A stretch of 64,000 nucleotides of DNA, taken from contig SMSO01000032.1 of NCBI GenBank assembly GCA_004764695.1, positions 3,566,483-3,630,482 of the forward strand, given 5' to 3'. Positions 20,962 through 32,500 of this stretch are shown piece by piece. The notes beneath the pieces were generated by a model. That model saw nothing but the letters and a program-made list of their open reading frames with translations. It ran no database searches and had not been told where the DNA came from. How positions within the stretch are numbered: position 1 is the stretch's first letter; each line of letters starts with the position of its first letter. The position numbers were made by a program, and so were the translations under genes. This DNA is from Schizochytrium sp. TIO01 (lineage: Eukaryota > Protista > Bigyra: Labyrinthulomycetes).

Positions 20962-21660
20962 TTATTTGGCAGGGGATTTTCCGGTGAGGCATTCAAGGAG
21001 ATAATCCTCAAATTTCATGGTGTCTTCACGCTCACGCTGCAGCTCGTCCAGGATGGATTTTGCAGAATTTGGTGCGCTCGAGGTCGAACTGGGAGATACA
21101 GACTTTTCTTTCTCTGGTGTCACTAGCACTGCAGTAGGGGACTTTGCTGATGTGCTGTGCTTGGAGTCTGCTACTGGACCTCTAAGTTCTGCCAAGTTGA
21201 TTTTGGAGCTTACTGCTTTCTTGACAATATCGTCGACTTTGGAGTAATCGTACCACGTCTCCCAGCTGTAGTGTGGAGGCGCATATTCATCAGTAGACCT
21301 CAATCCTTGAGTCGCTACCCGTTTATTTCTATCAGTTGGAGATGATTTATTAGTTGCCGAAACTCCTCTGTCATTGCCAGAGGTCAGACTTGTTTCTTCA
21401 TCCTGGGTGACATCTGCAAATGTTGCGAGCGCTAGAGCTCTCTCTTGAAACCTCGATTTTAACTTCCTCTGTGGAGCTGCCGGCGGAAGAGGTCTTTTAC
21501 GGCTTTGTTTCGAAGCTGCTGGTCGGAAGTCTGGTCTGCCTCCAAGGCCAAACCATACGCTCGTCGCTGGCAGCGCCGGGTCCTCGTCTCTCGTGGATGG
21601 CATTTTGGCGGCGTCTGGCACTGGTGACCGCGGTCTTTCCCACGACTTGATTCCAAACAT
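20962..21660 (-). CDS. Hypothetical Ser/Lys/Pro-rich protein
   Basis: 232-aa ATG-started ORF with protein-like composition and a basic NLS-like segment (SRKRP); no recognised domain. Confidence 0.7.
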   Translation of the reverse strand: MFGIKSWERPRSPVPDAAKMPSTRDEDPALPATSVWFGLGGRPDFRPAASKQSRKRPLPPAAPQRKLKSRFQERALALATFADVTQDEETSLTSGNDRGVSATNKSSPTDRNKRVATQGLRSTDEYAPPHYSWETWYDYSKVDDIVKKAVSSKINLAELRGPVADSKHSTSAKSPTAVLVTPEKEKSVSPSSTSSAPNSAKSILDELQREREDTMKFEDYLLECLTGKSPAK

Positions 21661-23284
21661 CGGGAGCTACCGATGAAAGCAGCCGGCTCCAGTCCAGGTC
21701 TTCGCTGTGCCTCGGCAAGGTATCTCCTCTCCCACAAGCACCCGCGGTTTGCAATTGTGGCTTTGGACTCTTGCCTGCTGCAACTTGTTTGTTTTGCGAT
21801 CGCCTTTAGTTCGACACCGTGACTATCCAATTGTTCTTCTCTAGAGGCCTAATCATCGTTGACTATCATAATGTGTGGTTCTTTTCTTGTGTTAATCACA
21901 CCTGACAAGTAGGTTATAGTCGTTTCTACCTCTCTTTCATAGAGGCTGCAAGTCAGGTATTGAAAGTTCTCAAGTAGAGTATTCAATCACATTGCTCTCT
22001 ATAAAACAGGGTACTCAATTAATTGTAGCAAGGTTTCATTCTGGATGAAATTGATTGTCTGGTTGAGCACCAAAGATCGAGTCAGTCAAGGTAAGGCAAA
22101 TAGACTTGGAAGACAATCGCATCGGAAGATTTTGTATTGTTTGTATGAATCTGCGTCATTTCTTCAAGTTAGTAAAGAGAGCTTGCCATCCTGAAATAGT
22201 CTAGTAGGTGCCTACCGTAAGTAGTAGTCCTGCTTTGAAGAAAGGTGTGTGCTATGCCTTACATAAAATTAACCTGCATAGAACAGTGGGTTCACTTTAT
22301 TTAGAAAACAGAAACTCACGAAACCTTTGGAAAAGAAAGCATAGAAAACTCAGAAACTAGTATATAGGTTTTTCTTTTGTCTATAAAGTTTGAATTAAAT
22401 GTGAGGTTAGGTATGGTACGTCGTCTACACAGGGTTGGCAAAAAAAGGAGAGAAGGATAGAGGATTAAAAAAAGAAGTAGAGAGAATCGCCAAAAAGGAA
22501 TACATACGCATTGAAGCGCAGGCCTTCTCAGGGAATCTGAAACTATCGGTGCCGCACGAAGAAGAAGCAACGCTCGTTGTTCTTAGACAAGATAGCATTT
22601 TTCTGTATATTGCACACAAAGGACATTGAGGGCGAATCTGGCAATAGTTTTGTAGACTATAGCATGTATACAACGATTGACTAGCGCAAGGTTTTCGATT
22701 CGATTCGATTCAGTGGCTTTCCTCTCAATTACCAGGAGGTGACGGTGACGGGGTAAGTCTGAAAAGATGTCAGCAGATGCTCCGAGCTGCATCGCAGCCT
22801 CGGCCTCTCACCGCCCTTGAGAATAGATGGTGTTTTTGGCGCCTGTTGATTTACACGTGATGATCAGGTACTTTTGAGATTCTACAATGATGTTGAGCTT
22901 TCTTCTCTCTGGTCTCTCATTGAACTTTGTGGCTATTTATCTCAGGTGCCATTTAGGAGATCTCTTGTTTGCTATTGCAAGATTGCACAAGGTACAAATG
23001 TCTGGCTGGCTGATATGGCCGCTCAAGAAATGCAAACATTTCTGGGCGCGTCAATCACCGTAATATAGGAGCCAGGTGGATGAGGGGGGTGGGGGGTAAT
23101 ATAGCATCAACAAGATCGTCGTGTCGGCGATGCTCGTGTACATGTGTGCAATAATTTTGGCATCATTTTGTAGAGGTTGATTGATGCTGATGTGAGGATA
23201 GTTTGTGGTGAAGTGAAAGGAAAAGAAAAAAGGAAGCTGAGGGAGGGGCCAATAAAAATGGAGACGCAGTCAGTCAACTGGCCT

Positions 23285-23414
23285 CTCCGCAAAGCAACGA
23301 TTAGGGTCTTATTGGTCGTAAGCAATGAGACCCTGGCCGCTGTTGGCTCCTCCGCAAAGCAACGATTAGGGTCTTATTGATCGTAAGCAATGAGACCCTG
23401 GCCGCTGCTGGCTC
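23285..23414. repeat. Tandem duplication, 2 x 65 bp, spanning the stop codon of the 23374-24780 gene
   Basis: Units 23285-23349 and 23350-23414 differ at only two positions. Confidence 0.95.
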
Positions 23415-24780
23415 CCGCTTCGAGAGCAAGGTCAATTACAGTGAGTGGGTGCATGTCTTCAATGACGACGACGGACTGGCGAGTGCGAAAGCCCTTTCCG
23501 CAAATATGTTCATCGTTATCAATGTATCCGTGGCGTAGCGAAGGATGCTGGATGCGAGCACAGTGCTTGAGCACCTCGTTAGTATGGTGACCGTCCAGGT
23601 TGAAAAGTGCGCCAGCGGGTATCCGCTCACCCATTTTACCGACAAGGGCCTCCGGGGTGCGCACAAGAATAACTCGCTCAGCGAAGAAGTGAGGATCAGC
23701 CTCGACTTTTTCGCGAATACGCGAACCATTGTCACCAAAGAGCACGTTGAAGACGATGTGGCCTGATAGTTCGGACTGGAGCGGGTTCGTAAAGCGAAGA
23801 TCCACAAGTTGCTTAACGACGCGACCTCCGTTCATCTCTATTGTGTAGAGAAAGTTGCGCCACACATCTGCGTCCTTGCCCTCCTTATCGGGCATCTGGG
23901 GCATGATTTTGCGTTGCAAACCAATAGGAAAGTCCTCAGGAAAGATAGGATATGAATAGTCCTTGTCGTAGTCAAAGAGGTTGAGCGAGGGGAGTTGTGC
24001 GTCGTCATTGGGCGGCAAGTCAATGTAAGCCCGGTTCATTGCGACTGCTATACTGACGTAAATTCCGCGGGTCATGGCGATAAAAATAATCAGTACAAAG
24101 AGCACGAGGAAGAGGCAGCCTCTCTGGCGTGCGCTGAGGAGGTGTTCTTCGGCAGTGCTGTGCATTTGGGCTTTCTCATATGTCGATCTTCGTTTTTGAC
24201 GGTTCGAGGCGGTCCTTCGTGTGGGGCTGCCCGGGGGGCTTGGTCTCCTGTTCACTGTGTTCACTATTGCCGAAGCAACTGAGGATGCAGCTGCTACTGC
24301 TGCACTAGTGCCCTTTTCAAGGCTGTTTTGCTGTTCTGCGTGCGGGATGTCGAGTGTATACACTTTTGTCTCTGCAAGGGTATTTTCATGATTATTGTTG
24401 CTGTTGTGACCGGACGCTGATAACAAAACTTCGGCCTTGAGGAGTCTTTGTTTTTCTTCGTCATCTCTGCCTGTACGATGTCTGGTTCCAGTGCTGCTGT
24501 TGCTGCTGCTGTTGCTGCTACTGCTGCTGTACCCTTCCTCTGTCACCTCAGCATTGGGATGTCTTCCAATGTTGATGAGCTCATGTTGCTGTTGAGGACT
24601 GCCGCTATTGCCATTGCTCGAGTTACTCTGTACAAAGAGCTGGCTCGAAGGCTGGACTCCAGGCTGCTGCTGCTGCTGCTCACCCGTCCTGTTATGCAGG
24701 TCTCCATGGGCTATGCTCTGCAGGGGGCCTTCTGTGTCCTCGGCACCTCCCGCGGCAAGTCTGCCTGTCGCGGCGCCCAT
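23374..24780 (-). CDS. Type II membrane protein with a C-terminal ParB/Sulfiredoxin-like domain
   Basis: Low-complexity Q/S/N-rich N-terminus; one TM (CLFLVLFVLIIFIAM...); then GLQRKIMPQ...NPLQSEL...VILV...NLDGHH motifs resembling ParB-like domains. Confidence 0.75.
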   Translation of the reverse strand: MGAATGRLAAGGAEDTEGPLQSIAHGDLHNRTGEQQQQQPGVQPSSQLFVQSNSSNGNSGSPQQQHELINIGRHPNAEVTEEGYSSSSSNSSSNSSTGTRHRTGRDDEEKQRLLKAEVLLSASGHNSNNNHENTLAETKVYTLDIPHAEQQNSLEKGTSAAVAAASSVASAIVNTVNRRPSPPGSPTRRTASNRQKRRSTYEKAQMHSTAEEHLLSARQRGCLFLVLFVLIIFIAMTRGIYVSIAVAMNRAYIDLPPNDDAQLPSLNLFDYDKDYSYPIFPEDFPIGLQRKIMPQMPDKEGKDADVWRNFLYTIEMNGGRVVKQLVDLRFTNPLQSELSGHIVFNVLFGDNGSRIREKVEADPHFFAERVILVRTPEALVGKMGERIPAGALFNLDGHHTNEVLKHCARIQHPSLRHGYIDNDEHICGKGFRTRQSVVVIEDMHPLTVIDLALEAGASSGQGLIAYDQ

Positions 24781-25510
24781 CGCGGCAAGTCCTCGGCACC
24801 ACGGTGGCGCTTCGAGGAGCGAGTGCGTGAATGAGTGAGAGCAATTTGGGGTTTGCTTCTCTTCTTTTCTTTTTATGTTTGTTCTTTAATTTTCGCTGAA
24901 AAGTTCAATTGAATTCCAGTTTTTCCACTTTTCACTCTTTCTATTATATTGTAAGAACTCTTTTTTCGCAACAGTGTGACAATTATTGCCTGCCATCAAT
25001 TAAACGCCTTTTAAACATCTTCATATAACTACTAAATTAATTTCTTTTAAAAGTAAAAGCATATTTAAAAAATTTAAAAAATGACGAGGACGAACAGAAC
25101 AGATGAAAATAAAAATAAAAATGTTTTCATTCTATTTTATTATTATGAAGAGGACTTATTTCAGAAAAGTTAACGGAAGTTATTGCATTAAAAAAAAATA
25201 CTCCAGGTGAACTTTGTGCTATTTTAAGATTGTTCGTGCAATCCCCGATACTTAGTTCGTAGTAGGTACCTTCAGTTTTGCTTGTCTTTACAAGCTAACA
25301 TCATCAGCACAACAGTTTTATTTGATCCAAAATGATGACGTTTATCTTTGTTTCATGGTCTTAATTTCTGTTCTGCGCGACTCGGAACTCGAAGTTCTCT
25401 CTTTCGTTTACGCAAGAATAAATAAAGAAAAAACCCAAAACTACTTATTAGCGCGTACTGGTACTCAGTTAGTTGTTCAGAAGAGGTTGTCAATCAATCG
25501 ACCAACCGAT

Positions 25511-25620
25511 CAAACAAGACCAAACAAGACCAAACAAGACCAAACAAACCCAAACAAACCCAAACAAGACCAAACAAGACCAAGCAAAACTAAACAAGAC
25601 CAAGCAAGACCAAACAAATA
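25511..25620. repeat. Minisatellite, about 11 x 10 bp (CAAACAAGAC)
   Basis: Directly visible tandem array with minor variants. Confidence 0.95.
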
Positions 25621-25779
25621 AACAAACAGACAAGCAAACGAGAAGACTCGAAGTGGAACACCCGCGCCCCTCATTTGCTACCTAACCCTCCTATTAACAC
25701 TGAATTGTGTTCTATTATAGTTTCAATTTAGTTTTAGTTTCAATTAAGTGAAAACGTTTTTCAATATAAACCTGAGGCG

Positions 25780-25812
<33 letters not shown>

Positions 25813-26111
25813 TTATATTAAATTATTTTTATTATTGAATTTTAAATAATATAATTCAATTAAAAATTGATTCTTTTAAGTTAACCTCAAAAATAGAAAA
25901 ATGAAAATGAAAATCCATCTCACGGTTTGTTTCATTCAATTTTAACTTCGTTCCCGGTCACTAACTGTTGTTATCTGTCTATTAGTGCTCGCGTTCTATT
26001 CCCTCCTCATCCGCTTGCTGTTCTCCTTTCTCCCCCCATCCCATTTGGTTCTCTTCAAAAATATTGAAGAACAGCATAATACCAGCGGGCACTAGCTGGC
26101 AACGATGAATC

Positions 26112-26149
26112 ATTCATGAATCATGAATCATGATTCATGATTCATGAAT
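26112..26149. repeat. Perfect 38-bp palindrome built from 7-bp units
   Basis: ATTCATGAATCATGAATCA|TGATTCATGATTCATGAAT is its own reverse complement. Confidence 0.95.
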
Positions 26150-27353
26150 CGATGAACGGGTGAGTGGCTATTCTCATGGTCCCAGTCAGCCAGCATGCGC
26201 CTTCCTCAGCAGCAGAAGGTCTTCTTCGTACTACGTTTCATTCAATCGAAGAAATGGCCGTCGCTGTCCTTCTTTCCTTCTTTCCTTCCTTCCTTCCTTT
26301 CCCATCAATGTTCCGAAGAGCGGAGAGGGGCTCTTTCCTCTTGTTCTTTCTTCCCTCTGTTCTCTCTTGCCTCTGTTCTTTATTTTGCGCATAGCAAGCT
26401 TTAGCGGTAGGTAGGGACTATCTGCCTCTAGCGACGGTGGGACGGGTCGCACATAGTGATGCGTAGGACTATGCTACTATTTGCTAGCCATCCCTGCTCT
26501 TCGAAACTTCAATTCAAAACGCAAAAGGATATCTGTTAATTTAAAAAAGTAGTTTTTATTTTAAAAGAACCAAATCAGAATTGCTTTGCTTTGCTTTGCT
26601 TTGCTGTTTCAAAATTCAAAAACTCACCCTGGAACAGGCAGTGAGTGGGTAGTTCAACTTGTAACTTTATATTATCTCGCAATTGTAACACAGGACGAAG
26701 CGAGAAAGGGAAAAAAAATAAACAAATAAAAAAATAAACAAATTCAAATTAAAAAAGAATCAACAAAATCAATCAGTCAATTAAAAGGTCGAAGAAGGCA
26801 AAACGCGAAAACCCGTGTCCGAGCTCGAGCAGATACTTCTTCCTCGCAGCAGGCGCGCTCCGGCGGATGTGGAGACCGATCGCAGCGCCTCCTTCTGGGC
26901 TCCCTCCCGCCCACCGCCTGCATCCCTCTCTCTCCGTCTCCTCTCGGCCTTTCTTCAAGCTTGCTAGCTAGCTCGCTAGCTACAGCAAGCCGTTCATGCG
27001 ATGTGTTCATGAACAACATTCGAGGGTACCCCTGCGTTGTGTCTCTATACGATCGGTAGGAACTCCTACTACCGCGGAAAGCGAATTCAAAATTCAAATT
27101 CTCAGCGAGGTCCTGATGAGGAGGTTCGAGGTCTGCAAAGCTCGCAAAGACTCGTGCAGGCTGCGCTCGTGAAGGCCTTTGAGCCCCCCCGCCACCTCTC
27201 CCCTCCCTCCCTGCGTGCGTGCGTGCGTGCATGGATGCATGTACGTCCTCCTCGGCGGGAGAAGAAGCATCGGCTCTGGATATCATCGACCGCTTCTTCA
27301 GGTCTCACGGAATTCGAACTTGAACCAAGTCGAACTCGAACTTGGAGGAGGAC

Positions 27354-27356
<3 letters not shown>

Positions 27357-27390
<34 letters not shown>

Positions 27391-28410
27391 AGCTCCTTGC
27401 GACGGGAAACGGGTTGTGGGATGGATGCCCAGAGAAAGAGGCGTTTCTTTCCTCAGCGCCGGCCGACCTGCAGGAGCCGCAGAACGGCGTACTCGCTAGC
27501 TAGCTTCCAGCGATACCTGAAGGAAGCCTCGACGCTCGTCTCTCCTGGGCCTGCTGCTGCTGCGACCAGACGCCCACCCGCCCAGCCAGTCACCGGCAGG
27601 CGTCTCCTTCGCTCCCGTGTCATTCGTTCATTCCTTCATCCATCCACCCATCCATCCGGCGGCAAGAACGACGACGTGAACAACTTGAACCTCTTTCAAG
27701 ACCATTCCTGCACTCACTCTCTCTCTCAATCGCTTACTAACCTACTTTCTTTCTTACGTACTACGCATGGGCCATTTAATTAACGCTTAGCCCAGCTCGC
27801 TCGAGGCTGCCGCTTGCTCGCTCGCCCAGACAGGCAGGGCAGGCAGCGGCTGCCGGCCGACCTTCAGCGCCGCCGCCGCCGTCTCTCCTGGCTCGGCGCT
27901 CTCTGCGCGAGCTGCCAGCGGTCTCGTGGACGCCAGCGGTCTCGTGGAGAGTCAGTCGGCCGTCGCCGCGTCGGCCAGTTAGTCAGCAGGAGATGGGCCC
28001 TTTGCAGAGAACGCGCCACACTTCTCGAGGCGATACGGCGCCTACGGCCTCGAAACAGACACTCCCTCTGTGTCTGTGTCTGTCTGTGTCTCTGTTGGCT
28101 GTGTCTCTGTGTGTGTTCTCCTTCCTCGTCGAGCTGGAGATCGTAGGCGCCGCTTTCCTTTCGCAGACCGTTCGCAAAGGCCGCCGGGCAGCGGCAGCGG
28201 CAGCGACAGCGGCAGCGGCAGCGCGAGGAGCATGAGCACGTACGGGTGGTGGTGCTCGAGAAGAAGAAGAAGAAGAAGAAGAAGAAGAAGAAGCTGGCTG
28301 TCTGTCTGTCTGTGCGATGACGGTGTTCTGAGTCAATCAATCAGTCAATTCATTGTGCGCAGAGACATACATACAGAGAGACAGACATACAGAGAGACAG
28401 ACAGACATCA
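27357..28410. repeat. Cluster of microsatellites: (CTG)n 27357-27390, (GAA)n 28260-28293, (GCAGCG)n, TGTC/GACA tracts, 18-bp tandem GCCAGCGGTCTCGTGGA(C)
   Basis: Directly visible in the sequence. Confidence 0.9.
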
Positions 28411-29470
28411 GTGAGAAGAGGAATGGGAAAAACAGCGCCGAAGGTTGAGAACGGCGCGGAGAACGAACTCGAAGAGTCAATCAATCGCAACTTAGAGGCC
28501 TCAAGGAGTGGAGCGCGCACGCCCCCCTCCCTTCCTTGTGTGGGTGTGCGTGTGTGTTGTGCGGAAGGGCTGCTTGGGCGTAGAGAGATCGACAGGACGC
28601 ACCTCTGAAGGCTCCGGCGGCGAACGAAGCGAGGGCCGCGAGGGTATTACGAGAATTTGAGGTCGAGAAGAAGGCACAGTGCCTTCGCTTTGCTTTGCGT
28701 TCTGAAGGTCTCTCTTCTTCTCTCTCTTCTTTTATCCTTCTTGCTGTTCATTTTTAACAAAACATTTTAAAATTTAAAACTAATACCATACTAAAGTAGA
28801 AAAAGAACAGTTAAGTTTTTTTCTTCTTAAATAAAATAAAATAAGAATTAAGTGATTTAATTATAAAGAACATTATTGTCATTTGTAAAATCCATAGAGG
28901 GCTAAGCGTAGCATAGTATCGTTCTGTTATCGTTCTTTTCTCTTTCCTTAAAAAAAATAATTATCTACTAAAGCGCACACTTACGAATGCGCAGATATAC
29001 ATAATACCACAATAAATAGAACAGGACCGATCATGCGATGACGATGGTGATCAATCATCACAGAGTTGAAAAGCAGAGGATTCTGCGGAATCACTCACTC
29101 ACTCACTCCTTCACTCACGGCATCGATTGGTCTCGCTCCGTCTGCGCAGACGGACAGGCAGGCAGGCAGACGTGGCGAAGAGCACTGCTCCGGGGTGGAG
29201 CTCCGCGTATACCAACAACAACAACGGTGACGTACTGGCGAACGAAGGAGATCAGTACTCACTCACATCGATCGACGTTTCGAGCCTCTTCTCATTCGCT
29301 TCCTTCGGCGCGGAGAACCCTGAAAAACGAAACCTTCAAAACATGTTTTTAAAAGTTAAAAGGATAAGTTTAAATATAGGTTTTAGGAGTCATGCAATTA
29401 TGATGAATGATTATTATCGTTACAGAGTAATAAAAGTAATAACACTAAACAAGCCAAATGGGATGAGCGA

Positions 29471-29501
<31 letters not shown>

Positions 29502-32500
29502 GAAAAGAGACGTTCTCATCTCATCTCATCTGATCTCATTTCATTTCATCTCATCCGTATGGGACTGGTCGCTTACGTCCCGTTAAGGGCGTTCTGTTCT
29601 TCGCAAGACCGCAGGTTGTTTATCATGATTGTCTCGCGTTTAAAATAAAATAAAAATTAGTAGTAGTGCTATTATTGAGATTGAAAGTTTTATTTGGAAA
29701 TGATATATTATATTTCATTTAAAAGGAAAAGAAAGGAAAAAAGGACCAAGTTGCTTTTAGTTTCAAGAGAGCAGATCGATCAGCTTTCAAGCGATAATAG
29801 AAGAACCAAAGGGCGCTTCAACACGATAAGCGAATACAGTAATGAAGGGTCAATGCGCCTATCATGTGATCGAACCCATCGGTCACCAAGGCGGCGGCTG
29901 GATTTGAATTGGGCTGCGGACTGTGCTCAGTGCCCCTGTCTGCGCTATCTTCACCAGATTGCCAACTGCGGCAGAGGGGGGCAGGACACAAAGCTGTGCT
30001 CATACACAGTATGATAGGTAATATAAGAACAAAATGAAAGTGTTCTTTCCATCCATCATCGAGACAGAAACAGATCAAGCTTTTAGAAAGTTTAATTTTA
30101 ATTTTATAATTATAACAAGTTGAAATTGAAACGAATTGGAACATGGGAAATCGAAAATTGATTGACAAGAATGCAATGATATCTATCCCAGAAGCGAAAG
30201 CGACCAATCCTTCAACGAGTCCTCGAGGTGGCAAATTCGGCAACCTACTACCGCGAGGTCGAAGGCATCAAATCTATAGTCCGTCCGAGGATGCGAATGG
30301 GTTGGGAGCTGTGCATGCGAGGGCAGAAGACTGAGAGCGTGGCTGAATGCACGGACGACGGGCGATTCAATCAAAGGATCAAACTTCATCGAGGTGCTGA
30401 GGGAATCAAAGGCTGGCTATATTACTTCAAATATTTGAACAAATCAACATATTCTGGCCCATGACGATTGTTGAGGGCCTGCGCTCGACGCCTCAGCAGG
30501 GCGTGCTTGACCCTCTGCGCAGGGTTCTCGGGAGCACAGAGATGAGCATGGCGCTTTGCAAAAGGGCGGTTGAAAGCTGCCTGCTTCAGCAGCTGCATTC
30601 AGCGAAATGAATAGCTCAGTTGAGCCAATCTGCGCTCTTGCCTTTGAAAAGGTGAGCAAATTTGGTAATGGAATCGGGCTGTGATGAACCCTCATAACGG
30701 GGTGCGAGCTATCATGTTCCGATAATTCTGTCTCGTGCTCAAGGCAGCTCAGGGACCTATTTGAGCGCCCCCAGCTTAAACTCCCCTCAATAGTTGCAAT
30801 ATGATATGAGCAATTGCATTGGCACATCTCTTGGCAGGCAGATAGATATATGGTGTTTGTGCAGGTCAATCGTGGCTGACTAGCAAATGGATGCACTGCT
30901 ACTACCAAGCAACCTGACGACCATTGATTCATGCATTGCCATACTCGCCTGAAGTTTGACAGGCGTCATGATCTTGGCGCGTCGAAGTCTCGCGCACCGT
31001 TGGATCCTGGCTCGTGGCGGTGTACTTGAAAAAGTTAACCATTCTTGATCAATACTTTTGGCATCCCGTATAGCGTTGACCAGTCGCCACAAATCTACTC
31101 ATGACATGACAAACATCTCTAGCTATAGCTAGATACCCATCCTCTCCCGTAAGTGTGCTCCCGAAAATAAACGTATACAGCGCGCACTGCATCCTTTTTC
31201 TTGAATTGTAAAGAGTGTCCACGCTCGTTGAGAATAGTAAGCATTTCAGTGGATGGACTTAGGCTAATCCAGTAGGAGCTTGGAATTAATTGTGCATTGG
31301 ACTGCGTAGAACGATGTAATATATATGAACTTGTGGATTCAAGCACCAATAGCTTTTGATGTAGAAGTTAATCCAGAGGTGGGGTAGCAATACACTTTAC
31401 AGGGATACGCGAGAAGTCGAGTCAGCCGGCCTGAGGCTGATTTTCTGCACATGGTAGTACCAATTGACTTTCTCAGGTCGAAATAAATGAATAAGTTGAT
31501 AAATTAATAGACAACAATCTTAAGCGCCAGCAAATGACAAGCAAACTGCCGTAACCCAAGTCTACTAATTGAATCAAAATGCTTGCTTGGATGGATGGGT
31601 GCTTTTTCTTCTCTTGGAGAATCGCTTCTCTGTTTCCAGCACGCAGGGCTGATTTCAATAAGCCTTTTCACACGGTTCCATCTTTCAGCTTAAGATTATT
31701 TGCCATAATCTTCAATACACCCTTCCTACTCATGCGTACCAGTATGTACAATGGAAATAAATGATGAATTTCTTATAAATCTAAAACACTTTTAATTTTT
31801 TTTTTATAGATTAAAAATAATAAAGATAAAAAGGAAAGAAAAGAAAAGCTAAAAACGAAAGGCCTTTCTTTCACCATCCATCGCTCTTCATATAACTTTT
31901 TGGCGATCACGATTGTCTGCTCTGAGAAGTCCGCGTTATCAGGCGATCACCATGGCGAGTTTGAGTTTGATGACCAAATAAAATAAGATACCTTCTTCAC
32001 ATCTATCAACCATCTAATCTGGAGCGCAAAATGGATCACCTGTATAAACGATACTTCGTGAACTGGCCGGGAAACTCAAGAACAGACCACCCCCTTTCAA
32101 AGTTGGGCTTGCCAAGCAATTTAGTCTCCAATCGTAGATCGCGGGAAAGGCTCGAGCTTTGCAGATCCGCGGCGATTGCTCGGGCGGCTCCGACTTCTCG
32201 ACTCCAGCACAAGGAGATGGATGATAGATTGATCATCGTGGCGGGATCGTTTATAGCCCCGGCTGCAAGTTTGCTCGCTCGTTTCAAGACGGCATCTGGC
32301 CAAGGTTGGAATTCAATGCAAATGCGACTCCAACTTTGGATTGATTGCCAAAACTCACCCACGGAGGTCCTTTACGCGGAGAAACTCAACAAGCAAATGC
32401 ATAGATAGCATATCAGGATGTATCGACTTTAGACTGCTGCACGTACGCCGGTACCAAGGTAGCAGGATAAGTCCAGGATGAACTCGAAGCAGAGGGCTCG

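Noticed and set aside
25511-25620. Regular repeat array as a possible CRISPR
   Set aside because: Units are 10 bp and contiguous with no unique spacers; eukaryotic context and no cas genes. The same applies to 51630-51708.
26777-28414. Multiple overlapping ORFs of 100-250 aa (poly-C, poly-A, poly-F, poly-R)
   Set aside because: Open only because of GC-rich microsatellites; all frames look equally unprotein-like.
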